This document shows, piece by piece, positions 16,722 to 27,911 of a DNA stretch of 64,000 bases. The stretch is from the NCBI GenBank assembly GCA_964016885.1, contig OZ024741.1:342674001-342738000 (forward strand). The letters are read 5' to 3'. The stretch's first letter is position 1. Each line of letters opens with the position of its first letter. A model generated the notes under the pieces. It had not been told where the DNA came from and did not search any database. It worked only from the letters and a program-made list of their open reading frames with translations. The stretch is from Eledone cirrhosa (Eukaryota). The position numbers were made by a program, and so were the translations under genes.

Positions 16722-16939
16722 TATGAAGGCGAACTAAAAAGTTTAATGGATGACTATGAAGGAATGAGGCTAGAGCTGTGAAATCTTGCAAGTGATAATT
16801 TCAACTCTCCTTATTAATAACTGCATTGTTTCTTTCTAGGGATTATGTTGAAAAATAAACCACATTTGGTCATTCCATGAGAATATCTTGGGCAGCCTAT
16901 GAACTGTTCAGCCAATAAACTTTTCAGCTGACTCTCGTA
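16722..16939. mobile_element. mariner-type MITE; second copy inverted at 56433-56650
   Basis: TA-flanked; shares ctagagctgtgaaatcttgca and aaaataaacc.catttggtcat with 56433-56650. Confidence 0.75.
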
Positions 16940-17147
16940 TGTATAAACGTCTAATAATATAACTGGCCGTTTTGGAAGCCTCAACAGTGAAGATGGTAAA
17001 TCTCCGGGTAACAGAATCAGGTGGTAATGAGCGAGAGAGAGATGTAAGAGGAAGTGTAGAAAGAGACGTAGAGAGCGTAAAGGAACGTAGGAAAAGTGTA
17101 AAAAATAATAACACGAGATAGAATTACCTTGGAAGTGATTTAATAGT

Positions 17148-17182
17148 CCCTATATTTCGGATTTCGCATCCGTCAACTGGGG
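17148..17182 (-). ncRNA. Degenerate minimal type I hammerhead
   Basis: ccc-CAGTTGA-cggat gcgaa atcc-GAAATATA-ggg, with two core substitutions. The flank 16950-17025 matches 23200-23262. Confidence 0.5.
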
Positions 17183-18306
17183 GTTTTCCGAGAGGAAAAA
17201 GTTATGTTGGAAAGGGACAACACGTGGCCTCCGTTGTTTAGAAAAGATGATGTGGTGGTTGTGCTGTGTTGATATTAAGATGGTGACACTAGTTATTGTG
17301 ACGCTGTGTTAGGTGGGGGTTAAGAGGGCAGTACAAGCAAGTATTGCATTGGTCATATATATACACCTGCAGAAGAGAATAAAAGAAACAGACACGCACC
17401 TCCACTGACACACACACACACATACGTATAAATATATAAGTGCATCTGTTCACATGTGTGTGTACGTACATAAGTGTTTACATTTTAAAACTGAATGAAA
17501 CATGGTGATGCAATGGAATTCTATATCAGTCATTGTGCACAACAATTTGAGAGATATTTATGGCTCGAATCGGTGTCACCTCATTTGCGCTTTGGTGTAA
17601 TAAGAGCCACCATACTAGGAGCGATGGCGAGCAGCTAAATTTCCACACATGCCATCAATACGTCCACTACACACTTGAGCATCTCTATACTAGAAAACAT
17701 CAAATTGAGACTGTTTTCCCTTACAAAAACTAGCGCGTATGCGCATCTCCTGTCACGATTCGACGAGCGACAGTGAGCTGATATATTTCCGGATTATTTA
17801 AAGACATAACTATTCTTTTCAGCGCATCAATAGTTTCTAAAAGGAAAAGAGTAATTTGGGATGAAAAGACAACGGATGCTGGACAAGAAAACGATGGTAC
17901 ACATTGGGTCTTTTCGACTCATTGAACAGAGGAAACAAGAAGACATATCTACATAACGAGACGGGATAGGAAAAGTTCTACAAACAAAGGCAGGAAAAAC
18001 GGGTAGGTAACCGTAGGACGAATAGAGAGATTAATATAAGATAGTTCGAGCAATGGCCCTGGAACTAATAATGATGATACCCAAAGAAGAGACGAAGCAG
18101 AGTGAACTGACTAAGTCAGTGGACAAATTCAAATTTCCTAAGGATAAGAAAGGGCTTGTTGGGCAGACTGTAAGTAAGAGTTAAAACAGCAGGAGGAATA
18201 AAAGGTGAGGAAGAGATGACGATAGATAAAGAGAGAGACTGAGTGAGAGAGAGAGAGAGAGAGAGTGAGAGAGAGAGAGAGGAAGATATACATATATATA
18301 TATGTG

Positions 18307-18416
<110 letters not shown>

Positions 18417-18539
18417 GGAGGTGAGTTTTATTGTAGTACAATAAAGCAATGCAGATATCGGATAAGAAGCACTCTACAGTTTGTAGGACTGGAGTATACA
18501 TAATATAAGATCAAAAGATGGTTAAAGGAGTTCCATGTA

Positions 18540-18606
18540 TTTTATTATGCGCATTTCAAAAACAAACACCATCATGCAATAATATTTGTGTTTTCATCAG
18601 ATAAAA
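18540..18606 (-). ncRNA. Type I hammerhead ribozyme, long stem II, AUA site
   Basis: ttttat-CTGATGA-aaacacaaatat...gtgtttgttttt-GAAATGCGCATA-ataaaa. Confidence 0.8.
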
Positions 18607-18728
18607 CAGGAGAACATGATATGAAGGTTAAAAAACACTTGTGGATAGTGCAGTTTTAAATCAACATATGTTGATTTAAAACTGCACTATCCACAAGTGT
18701 TTTTTAGCCTTCATATCATGTTCTCCTG

Positions 18729-18795
18729 TTTTACCTGATGAAAACACAAATATTATTGCATGATGATGTTTGTTTTTGAAATGCGCATAATAAAA
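18729..18795 (+). ncRNA. Type I hammerhead ribozyme (inverted twin of 18540-18606)
   Basis: ttttac-CTGATGA-...-GAAATGCGCATA-ataaaa, with one stem I mismatch. Confidence 0.75.
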
Positions 18796-19091
18796 TACAT
18801 GGAACTCCTTTAACCATCTTTTGATCTTATATTATATATATATATATATATAATATTAAGGATACTATTTATGGTTATGTATATACTAAAATTTTTTATA
18901 GTTATGTATATTTTAAACCCTAAACAGTGAAGGTCAGTAATTTATTACTACCTTATTACCAGTAAGATAAATAGCTCAATGTAATAACATCAGTTGTTCT
19001 ACAGAGCAGTTATATAGAATTCACAAGAATCAAAGCTATGTTCAAAGCATTTATTCACTTATATGCTTTGAACATAGCTTTGATTCTTCTG

Positions 19092-19129
<38 letters not shown>

Positions 19130-19132
<3 letters not shown>

Positions 19133-19512
19133 TAAAAAAAAAGAAGAAAATGCTGACAAACTTTTCCCAGTGAAAAATAGTTTAATTAGGAATAAGTATA
19201 AATTAGTAATAAGTATTAGTCAGTATTCAGTTTTAGTTTTAAGTTTTTACCGGTTGCGCATTTCTAATGCTTTTCAAAAATAATTTTGAGATAGAGTGCT
19301 CGTGATTTTTTCTCTAATCAGATTAGAGCAAAAATGACGAGCTCTCTATCGCAAAATTATTTTTGAAAAGCATTAGAAATGCGCAACCGGTAAAAACTTA
19401 AAACTAAAACTGAATACCGACTAATACTTATTACTAATTTATACTTATTCCTAATTAAACTATTTTTCACTGGGAAAAATTTGTCAGCATTTTCTTTTCC
19501 TTTTTACTAATA
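19130..19512. repeat. Near-perfect palindrome (about 190-bp arms, no real spacer)
   Basis: Centre ctctaatcagattagag; arms agaaaatgctgacaaa.. / ..tttgtcagcattttct. Confidence 0.92.
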
Positions 19513-19600
19513 TATCACAACTCGTGTGTCACACCTCTATTCTTATATATATATATATATAATATATAAGATCAAAAGATGGTTAAATGAGTTCCATGTA

Positions 19601-19667
19601 TTTTATTATGCGCATTTCAAAAACAAATATCATCATGCAATAACATTTGTGTTTTCATCAGATAAAA
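19601..19667 (-). ncRNA. Type I hammerhead ribozyme (third copy of the 18540 family)
   Basis: Same core and stems as 18540-18606. Confidence 0.78.
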
Positions 19668-20037
19668 TAGGACATGATATGAAGGTTAAAAACACTTGTG
19701 GAGAGTGCAGTTTTAAATCAACATATGAAAAGTAGTTTTAGATTGATGTGTGATATTGGGGAAACATTTTTTTGAGGGGGGGGGGAGGTTGGAAAGGATG
19801 AAAAAGAGGAGGAGATGAGAGTAAAAAGTGGAGGGGGAGGAGTATAATGAGGAAGGATGAGATAGGAGGAGAGATGGGTGATAGAGAGAGAGAGAGAGAG
19901 ATAGCTTTGATAACTGAGAAAAATATATTGTTTTACATAGAGAGGTTGAAAAACCGTTGGAAGATAATGTATAAATTAAAAGAATTTGAAAATTAACGAA
20001 GAGAAAAATAATGTAAAGTTAACGTTTGTATATTGAA

Positions 20038-20205
20038 GGGTTTAATAATATGTGCGATGAAAAGAAATTGTTAATATGTATTAAGAATAATATTTAAGGG
20101 TTTAATAATATGTGCGATGGAAAGAAAATGTTAATATGTATTAAGAATAATATTTAAGGGTTTAATAATATGTGCGATGGAAAGAAAATGTTGATATGTA
20201 TTATT
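20038..20205. repeat. 60-bp tandem repeat, about 2.8 copies
   Basis: gggtttaataatatgtgcgatg.aaagaaa.tgttaatatgtattaagaataatatttaa repeated. Confidence 0.95.
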
Positions 20206-20383
20206 AAAAAAACAGAAGTCATGTAAGTAAGGATATATTGTGAGATGAGCATGAATAAGTTAGATGAAAGTGAGAAAAAAGTAATGAATATATTATGTAT
20301 ACTCCAGTCCTACAAACTGTAGAGTGCTTCTTATCCGATATCTGCATTGCTTTATTGTACTACAATAAAACTCACCTCCTACG

Positions 20384-20454
<71 letters not shown>

Positions 20455-20999
20455 TAAATATATTTTAGGCAGTATTAGCCTGCGCTTTGTAGCAACCAGA
20501 CCACTCGCCGTAAGGCACCAATCACATTCTTTCTGACTTGACCACTGCCACGTCACAGTTCTTAGCCATTTTGAATTCGTTTCTGGCGGGGATCATTTAA
20601 GAAAAATCTTCGTCCAAGTGAGTTTGTTTCCTGATGATTTCGAAACTCGGGAATTTATCCGTGATCGGATATTTCCAAAAAGCGAATGAAATCTCATGGG
20701 GTAGAAACATAATTTTGGTATGCTTATATACTTTTTTTCTTCTAACTTTGATTTTATACCTAATTGTGTATGGTTGACGATATACTTAATCGATTTCCAC
20801 GTGCTATTAGAAATGGTGGGTAAATATTCTATAGCTGTTGATCGCGGATAGATAGCAGTCGTTTATTTATCTACTATTTCTTCATAGGTGCCTTTTAATC
20901 TTATAACCTTGTTTAATTGGTTTTTTGTCTGGTTGATTATGCTGATTGGGAGAGGAAATAATGTATATATTTTATCAAATGATTCTATGGACATACTTT

Positions 21000-21056
<57 letters not shown>

Positions 21057-21059
<3 letters not shown>

Positions 21060-21255
21060 AAAAGGTTCAGGACCCCGACGGCAGAGGTCAAGCCGTTTCG
21101 ACAGCTATTTCTAGACAGTCCGGAAATAGCCGTCGAAACGGCTTGAGCTCTGCCGTCGGGGTCCTGAACCATTTCCTATTACCCACTCTACTATCCAAAG
21201 TATCGAGTACTCTGGTGCGTTATGTTCCACCTGCTTCCTTACCACACTTTGTTCG

Positions 21256-21260
<5 letters not shown>
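21057..21260. mobile_element. TA-embedded hairpin element family (other copies 38396-38575, 38722-38903, 40471-40617)
   Basis: Shared gaaatagccgtcgaaacggcttgagctctgccgtcggggtc and ggtaagga...gtactcaatacttagggtagtagagtggg modules. Confidence 0.8.
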
Positions 21261-21351
<91 letters not shown>

Positions 21352-21578
21352 GTATATATAGTGTATTTTGCAATACACTGTATGCTTAATTAAAAGCATT
21401 TTGAAGACCATACGCTATAGTTTTAAAGTAGCGACATTGTCGCTTACTTAAATTTTCGGCATTTAAGTATATATATCGCTATGTCAGAGCACCAATTCTA
21501 ATTTTCATATATATATATATATAAATATACATACTTACCTATATATATATCCCTCAATCTATCTTATTTCTCATTATT

Positions 21579-21614
21579 TCTTCTGATGAAGGACTAGCGT
21601 CCAAAACGTTAAGA
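21579..21614 (+). ncRNA. Minimal type I hammerhead with G12A change
   Basis: tctt-CTGATGA-aggac tagc gtcc-aAAACGTT-aaga. The copy at 40731 keeps GAAACGTT. Confidence 0.65.
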
Positions 21615-21699
21615 CCCTCTTCCTGGTATATCAGGCGTGAACCTAATATATCCCATCCATATACTGTACCGATTGTGTTGTTATTTCTGTTTATCTTTT

Positions 21700-21812
<113 letters not shown>

Positions 21813-21891
21813 GGAAAATTTGAACAGGAACAAAACAGAGAGGCAGTACAACGAATGTTTATTAGTTTCACGCTCTGGAGAGTGGGGTGGT

Positions 21892-21989
<98 letters not shown>

Positions 21990-21994
21990 AATAT

Positions 21995-22092
<98 letters not shown>

Positions 22093-22093
<1 letters not shown>

Positions 22094-23108
22094 GTGGGAA
22101 AGTAAGAAATCGGAGAATAGACCGTTAAAACATGTTTATTTAAAACAGCACCTACGTACGTTTCGCCCAGTTGGACTTCTCAAGGGCATAAATAATCAAA
22201 AGCGTTCCTCGGAAAGAGCTTTTGGGGTTAAATCCACGTCAAGGTTCATTGCGCGCAAAAATACCTTGTTTTGATTTTGCAGCAGGTCAAGGGAGGTAAC
22301 TCTGGCCGGTGTTAGGGCAGTCTTTCCCGGACAAATTTTTTTTATCCGCTACGAGATGAGGTTACAACCTTACCATTGTCGATACGCATGTAATCAACAC
22401 TTATTTTGAGAGTTTTTTTCTCCGCATCTGTTTGTCTGAGTCGTTTGAGGCTGGGTCTGGTATGCAAGGATTATTTCCTGGGTGTTATTTAGCAGCGCCT
22501 GCCCGCCGGGTGTTAAGACTTGTTGCAGGGAGATCCGGTGCACGGTTTCACTCCTCATCCTTAACCCATCTGAAGAAGGATATTTTTAAGCGATGCGTAC
22601 AACTTATCGCTGTTTCAGCTCTGCTGTTGATGAGCTCGTGGGGTGCAGTTATGATGTGGTAGAGCTCCATGAGGCAAAGATCGCATTTCCTTTTGAAGTT
22701 GTATGGTGCAGCCCTGCCGTCAATATCCCAGTGCGTGGAGAAGCTGATGTTTAAGTCCTCTAGTGATGTGATGTAGTCCGCGAGCGAAGTGGAGTGTCTT
22801 AATTTTTTATTTGTGAAAGAGTCATGTCCTGCATGTTTCCCAGTCATTTTGCGGTTATGCTGGTTGTGTCTGCGGATGCCGTTGCCAACACTATTGGATG
22901 CTGCCAGGGAGTTGTTAAGGCCGATATAGTTATTGTCAGGTGTAGGTGCGTCTGTGTCGAGGTGCTGTGTCTTGGTGATCTTACTGTGGTTCGTTGTTCC
23001 TATGATATCTGCTAGGTTAGGAGTAGTAGAGAATGATATTTTTATATTGTTCCTATTAAGAATTTTTCTATACCTATGGTTGGGCGGGAAGTTCTTCTCT
23101 AAGGCTTC
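22093..23108 (-). mobile_element. Penelope-like element 3' fragment (linker, GIY-YIG domain C-terminal half, pLTR)
   Basis: Translations [35 protein letters not shown] and HSTSLADYI..HWDIDGRAAPYNFKRKCDLCLMELYHII..LINSRAE..SCTHR are typical of PLE ORF C-termini. Confidence 0.85.
22148..22187 (-). ncRNA. Atypical-core type I hammerhead in PLE pLTR
   Basis: gccc-TTGAGAA-gtcca ac tgggc-GAAACGTACGTA-ggtgc. Confidence 0.62.
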
Positions 23109-23258
23109 TGTCGGATAGGTGCGAAACGTGTCCGCTCTTTCCTAAATTCTTCTAAACACTATACATCTAATTCTACATTCACTTACATCTCTCTCTTCAC
23201 CACCGGATCTTGTTACCCGGAGAATTACCCATCTGCATTGTTGAGGCTTCCAAAACGA

Positions 23259-23342
<84 letters not shown>

Positions 23343-23362
23343 CATACATACATACACACACG

Positions 23363-23412
<50 letters not shown>

Positions 23413-23597
23413 ATAAGAAACCGAGAATCAGTGGTGCGACGAATTAAAATTTATTAGACATATTACAATCGTTTCTCTGGCGACCAGCACGAGGCACGTT
23501 TCTTATGTGATATTATACTCTACTCTGTAAAACCATCAAGTGCTCAAACGGCCTACCACTTACCGACGCTTTAAGGATCCCAATATTTATATATATA

Positions 23598-23655
<58 letters not shown>

Positions 23656-23738
23656 GTTATTCCGGGTTGAATCGGAGGTAACCACAGTAAGTAAGGTACT
23701 CAATACATAGCAGAGTAAAAAGGTTTTAATATAGATGG

Positions 23739-23787
23739 GATTCTACAGGACTAGAACTGTTTCATTCTTTAGAAATCATCAGGAATC
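23739..23787 (-). ncRNA. Type I hammerhead ribozyme, GUA site
   Basis: gattc-CTGATGA-tttc taaa gaat-GAAACAG ttctagtc CTGTA-gaatc. Confidence 0.82.
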
Positions 23788-24046
23788 TGGCTTTCCAAAA
23801 TAAATGTTGTGCTATTTATGTCTTTTCAGGTGGAAGGAGATGGTGGGGAGTGGGATGGGTGGAGGTTGTTGGTTGAAAGAAAAGGGAATTCATTAAAAGC
23901 TAATTCTTTAAGGCTATAATTAGCTTTTAATTAGCTTTTAATGAATTCCCTTTTCTTTCAACCAATGACCTCCACCCATCCCACTCCCCACCCTCTCCAA
24001 CCACCTGAATAGACATAAATAGCACAACATTTATTTTGGAAAGCCA

Positions 24047-24095
24047 GATTCCTGATGATTTCTAAAGAATGAAACAGTTCTAGTCCTGTAGAATT
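24047..24095 (+). ncRNA. Type I hammerhead ribozyme (inverted twin)
   Basis: gattc-CTGATGA-tttctaaagaat-GAAACAGttctagtcCTGTA-gaatt. Confidence 0.8.
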
Positions 24096-24098
24096 TAA

Positions 24099-24176
<78 letters not shown>

Positions 24177-24790
24177 GTGAGAGAATCACAACAGTAGTAA
24201 ACGACAGATTGGATTTTGAGACTCTTTTCTTTTATAAGACGCAGCGCATGCGTAGCTTATATCTGTATTTGACATCGATGTTATTGGATCGTGAAACTCC
24301 CTTCTTATTTATAAAATGCCGAGAGTAGTAAGTGACACATCATCCAATCCGCTAAGATAAATTTTAAAGGAATTTACTTGTAGTTTACTTTACGCTTTAG
24401 TAGTTCAACAACTAAATTTACTATTTCTTTGGTTCACCTAGGATTGAACGACGAATACAAGCTTAGACTTTTAGACACAAGCGAAACGTGCTAAAACAAA
24501 GTGTACTCATGTGAAAGAGTATGAAAATGGGGAAATAAAAAAAAAATGACTGTTTATTGCTCACGTACGTGGCATAAACAGATATTTAAATGTTTTATTT
24601 ATTTGTTTGTAGATGAAAGAGTGGCAGGGAGGGAGGGAGGGAGGGAGGGAGAGAGAGAGAGAGAGATATATAGTGAAAGAGCGAGAGAGAAGCAGAAAGT
24701 CAGAGAGGGGAAAGAACGGGAGAGTAGGAGAGAGAAATAAACTGAAGAATAATATATAGAAAAGTCGATATATAGAAAAATACGATAGAT

Positions 24791-24881
<91 letters not shown>

Positions 24882-24984
24882 TAGATAGATAGATAGATAG
24901 AGACTGATGGACTGACAGGCAGACGGACAGGCAGGCGGACAGACAAATAGATAGATAGAAAGAAAGATAGATATTTCTAGAATC

Positions 24985-25350
24985 TGGTGGACTTGTGGTT
25001 AGGGTGTTCTGACTACCGGATTAGGAAACACTTAGTGTCCTTAAACAAAGTGTTTTATTTCCCTTTGCTCAACCTAACCAATTAATACCAGTAACAGCTA
25101 AGGGGTCAACCTTATGTCTTACAAGCGGTTAAAGCTTCATGAACCGGGGGTAAGCTCCGGCATGATTTTAACTTGAATATAGTTGCCACTGTGGCGGCAA
25201 ATTAGTAGAATCGTTAGAACGTCGGATAGAATGTTTTGTAGCATTCGTTTCGATTCTCTGCTCAATGAGTTCAAATCCCACCGAGGTCAACTTTGTCTTT
25301 CATATTTTCGAAGTCTATAAAAAAAGTACCAGTCTAGTACTAAGGTCGAT
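24985..25350 (+). mobile_element. CORE-type SINE followed by OK-like SINE (both degenerate)
   Basis: gtggttagggtgttctgact..gtgtccttaaacaaag; gagttcaaatcccaccgaggtcaactttg. Confidence 0.65.
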
Positions 25351-25833
25351 TCTTCCTCTATATATCTTTCTTACTACCTCTCTCTCCCACCCTCTATCCT
25401 TCCCTGGAAGAAATCTGAGATGTTCATTCTTGGAGAGGAGATGGGCTCTGCCATATCTAAACAAAATGGGCAAGAAACGCCGTATGTCACCACGACTCCA
25501 TCAGGAGTTTTGGATTAAAAAAAGAAGATAGAAGATAAAAGATTGTCGTCGTTGCAAACACTCAACCAGAGAACACGTTAACTTAGTGACACATACATCG
25601 TACAACTGAATTTATCAGTAATATTCACAAGCAACTACTGATGTTTAGTAGAATTCCTTAGATTTTTAAAACTGAAATACACTTGCTTCAAATTAGATAG
25701 AATTCTTCAAAGAGAATTCTACGTTGCACCTAACATAATAGTAAAAAATGTTGTTGACGTTCGTTGGTGTCTTATTTTGTCATCTTTATTATTGTTGTTG
25801 TTGCTGTCGTTGTTGTTGTTACTGTTGCTGCTT

Positions 25834-25889
<56 letters not shown>

Positions 25890-26625
25890 GGTTGCCTTTA
25901 TTGTTGTTGCTATTGTTGTTGTTTAGACCCATGTAAGTTTGAGCAGACCTATGATTAAAAGCATTCCAGCCATCAATGTCTTGTGTTTTTTTTTCGGGTA
26001 TAATGTATCAACGATTACATCAGCCAATATATCCTCCTGTCTTTTTAAGATGGTAAAGGGGTATTTGAAGATGTATCTTCTATTTCTTAGCAAATTGAAT
26101 GATCACGTAGAAGTTCCCTCAATTGCTCGCGAAAATAATAATATGTATATACGTATCCAGCACTAAAACAGTTTCAAGTAGCAGTTGCTAAAATCTATTT
26201 CATTGCGTCATATTGAAATGTAATGGAAGGGAAAATATATTAATACATATTCGTTTGTTCTGATTCCAAACCTACAGCTGTTCAACACAATTGATATGCA
26301 ACTCATGGAGAACAACTGGTTGATTCAGAACAGGTTGATGTTTTAGTTAAGTAAAAATTGTGGCGGAATTCTTAGGAGTGCCGATTGCATAAGAAACACG
26401 TGGTTAAGTGAGGGATAAGATATTATATGTGGTAAGTCAAATAAATATTATCATTAGAATTAGAATATAGCTTTGACATAGATGCATACATACATGTATG
26501 TGAATTTCGTACATCTAAAGATATATGGTATGTTTAATAAATAAACATTTTGAAAACCTCAGCTATGAATAGAAGGCTGACGGACAACGGCGTCTAGCGG
26601 AATCCAGCAGAAGCAAGGGGTATAA

Positions 26626-26667
26626 TTGTCTATGCATTTCGAACTTAAATGGTTCTCATCAGAATAA
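26626..26667 (-). ncRNA. Minimal type I hammerhead, between about 90-bp direct repeats (26455-26545, 26790-26880)
   Basis: ttatt-CTGATGA-gaac catttaa gttc-GAAATGCATA-gacaa. Confidence 0.75.
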
Positions 26668-27350
26668 GGATTCTCTCTGCCTACTGCTGAACTTTGAGAC
26701 AGGCGAAAATATATAGTTTTTTCGCCTGTTTAAATGGGCTGATTAGCCTCATTTGCATACGAAGCTCTATAAGTTGGCTCAACTTAGAATAGAATTAGAA
26801 TTTAGCTTCAACATAGCTGTATACATACATGTATGTGAATTTCGAACATCTAAGGATATACGCCATGTTTGATAAATAATTAGATTTCCTGAATAATTCT
26901 CTAGACTAAAAAGTTAGACAGTTCCGGAATCAAAATTTATGAAAAAGAAAGAAAAAAAAGAGATATATTCAGTGGAGTGTAATTACGGGGGGAAATTTAG
27001 GGTATGTTTAGATACATCAGAATAGAAATTCTAATTCGGTTCACTGCTTTAAAAATGTTACCCGTAACCAGTTAAGAAGCTCGAACTGTGGATACGTTAT
27101 AGCTTAAATTGAAAGGTAAGTGTGACTGAAGAGACATACCAGTTCGTAAAAGTCAATGACCTATTAGTTTCCAGGCTGGTATACTGCAAGAGAAGTATTC
27201 TTAGAAGTCTTATATAATGCTTTCTTTTAAAAATAATAAATAGCATTGACATTTTACAGGGAATAAACTCAAGTAGAACTTTTTACTGACGTTCTGCTTT
27301 ATATATATATATATTTTTTTTTTTTTTTCGGCGAAAGCAGGGGAATACGT

Positions 27351-27392
27351 GGCTCTGATGAACGCCAACCAGCGTGAAACAGACTGTCACCT
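27351..27392 (+). ncRNA. Type I hammerhead (stem I damaged), first of tandem pair
   Basis: ggct-CTGATGA-acgc caacca gcgt-GAAACAGACTGTC-acct. Confidence 0.75.
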
Positions 27393-27653
27393 TCTCTCCC
27401 TTCTTACGCCGAAAAGAAGTAAGTGACATATTCACTACTTTAAAACTGATAGCGTATCGTCTTCTAAAACATACGGTATATTGCCAGATATACTATACAT
27501 ACATTCTTGTATACATCACTATTTCTGAGCACCAATCCTAATACCTAATTTTTGCTGGACCGGCAATCGCTTTGTATAATCAGCTCCTGATTATTACTAG
27601 AATTCTATAAGAATCCAGCTTCTATAATTTTCGGCGAAAGCAGGGGAATACGT

Positions 27654-27695
27654 GGCTCTGATGAACGCTAACCAGCGTGAAACAGACTGTCAGCT
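27654..27695 (+). ncRNA. Type I hammerhead, second of tandem pair
   Basis: ggct-CTGATGA-acgct aacc agcgt-GAAACAGACTGTC-agct, enclosed by outer stem ttttcggcgaaag/ctttcgccgaaaa. Confidence 0.85.
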
Positions 27696-27817
27696 TCTCT
27701 CTTTCGCCGAAAAGAAGTAAGTGACATAATCACTACTTTAAAACTGATAGCGAATGGTCTTCTAAATGTTTTAAATTAAACATACCGTATATTGCCAAAT
27801 ATACTATACATACATTC

Positions 27818-27911
<94 letters not shown>

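Larger units (their letters stand above)
23652..24102. mobile_element. PLE-derived palindromic element (about 170-bp arms) in (TA)n
   Basis: 23730-23905 is the reverse complement of 23930-24102. Confidence 0.88.

Noticed and set aside
17760-18170. Possible R4-like RT remnant
   Set aside because: Only fragmentary motif resemblance; too decayed to call.
20628-20655. ttcCTGATGAtttcGAAACTCggg hammerhead-like string
   Set aside because: No stem II or stem III can form, so it is likely chance.
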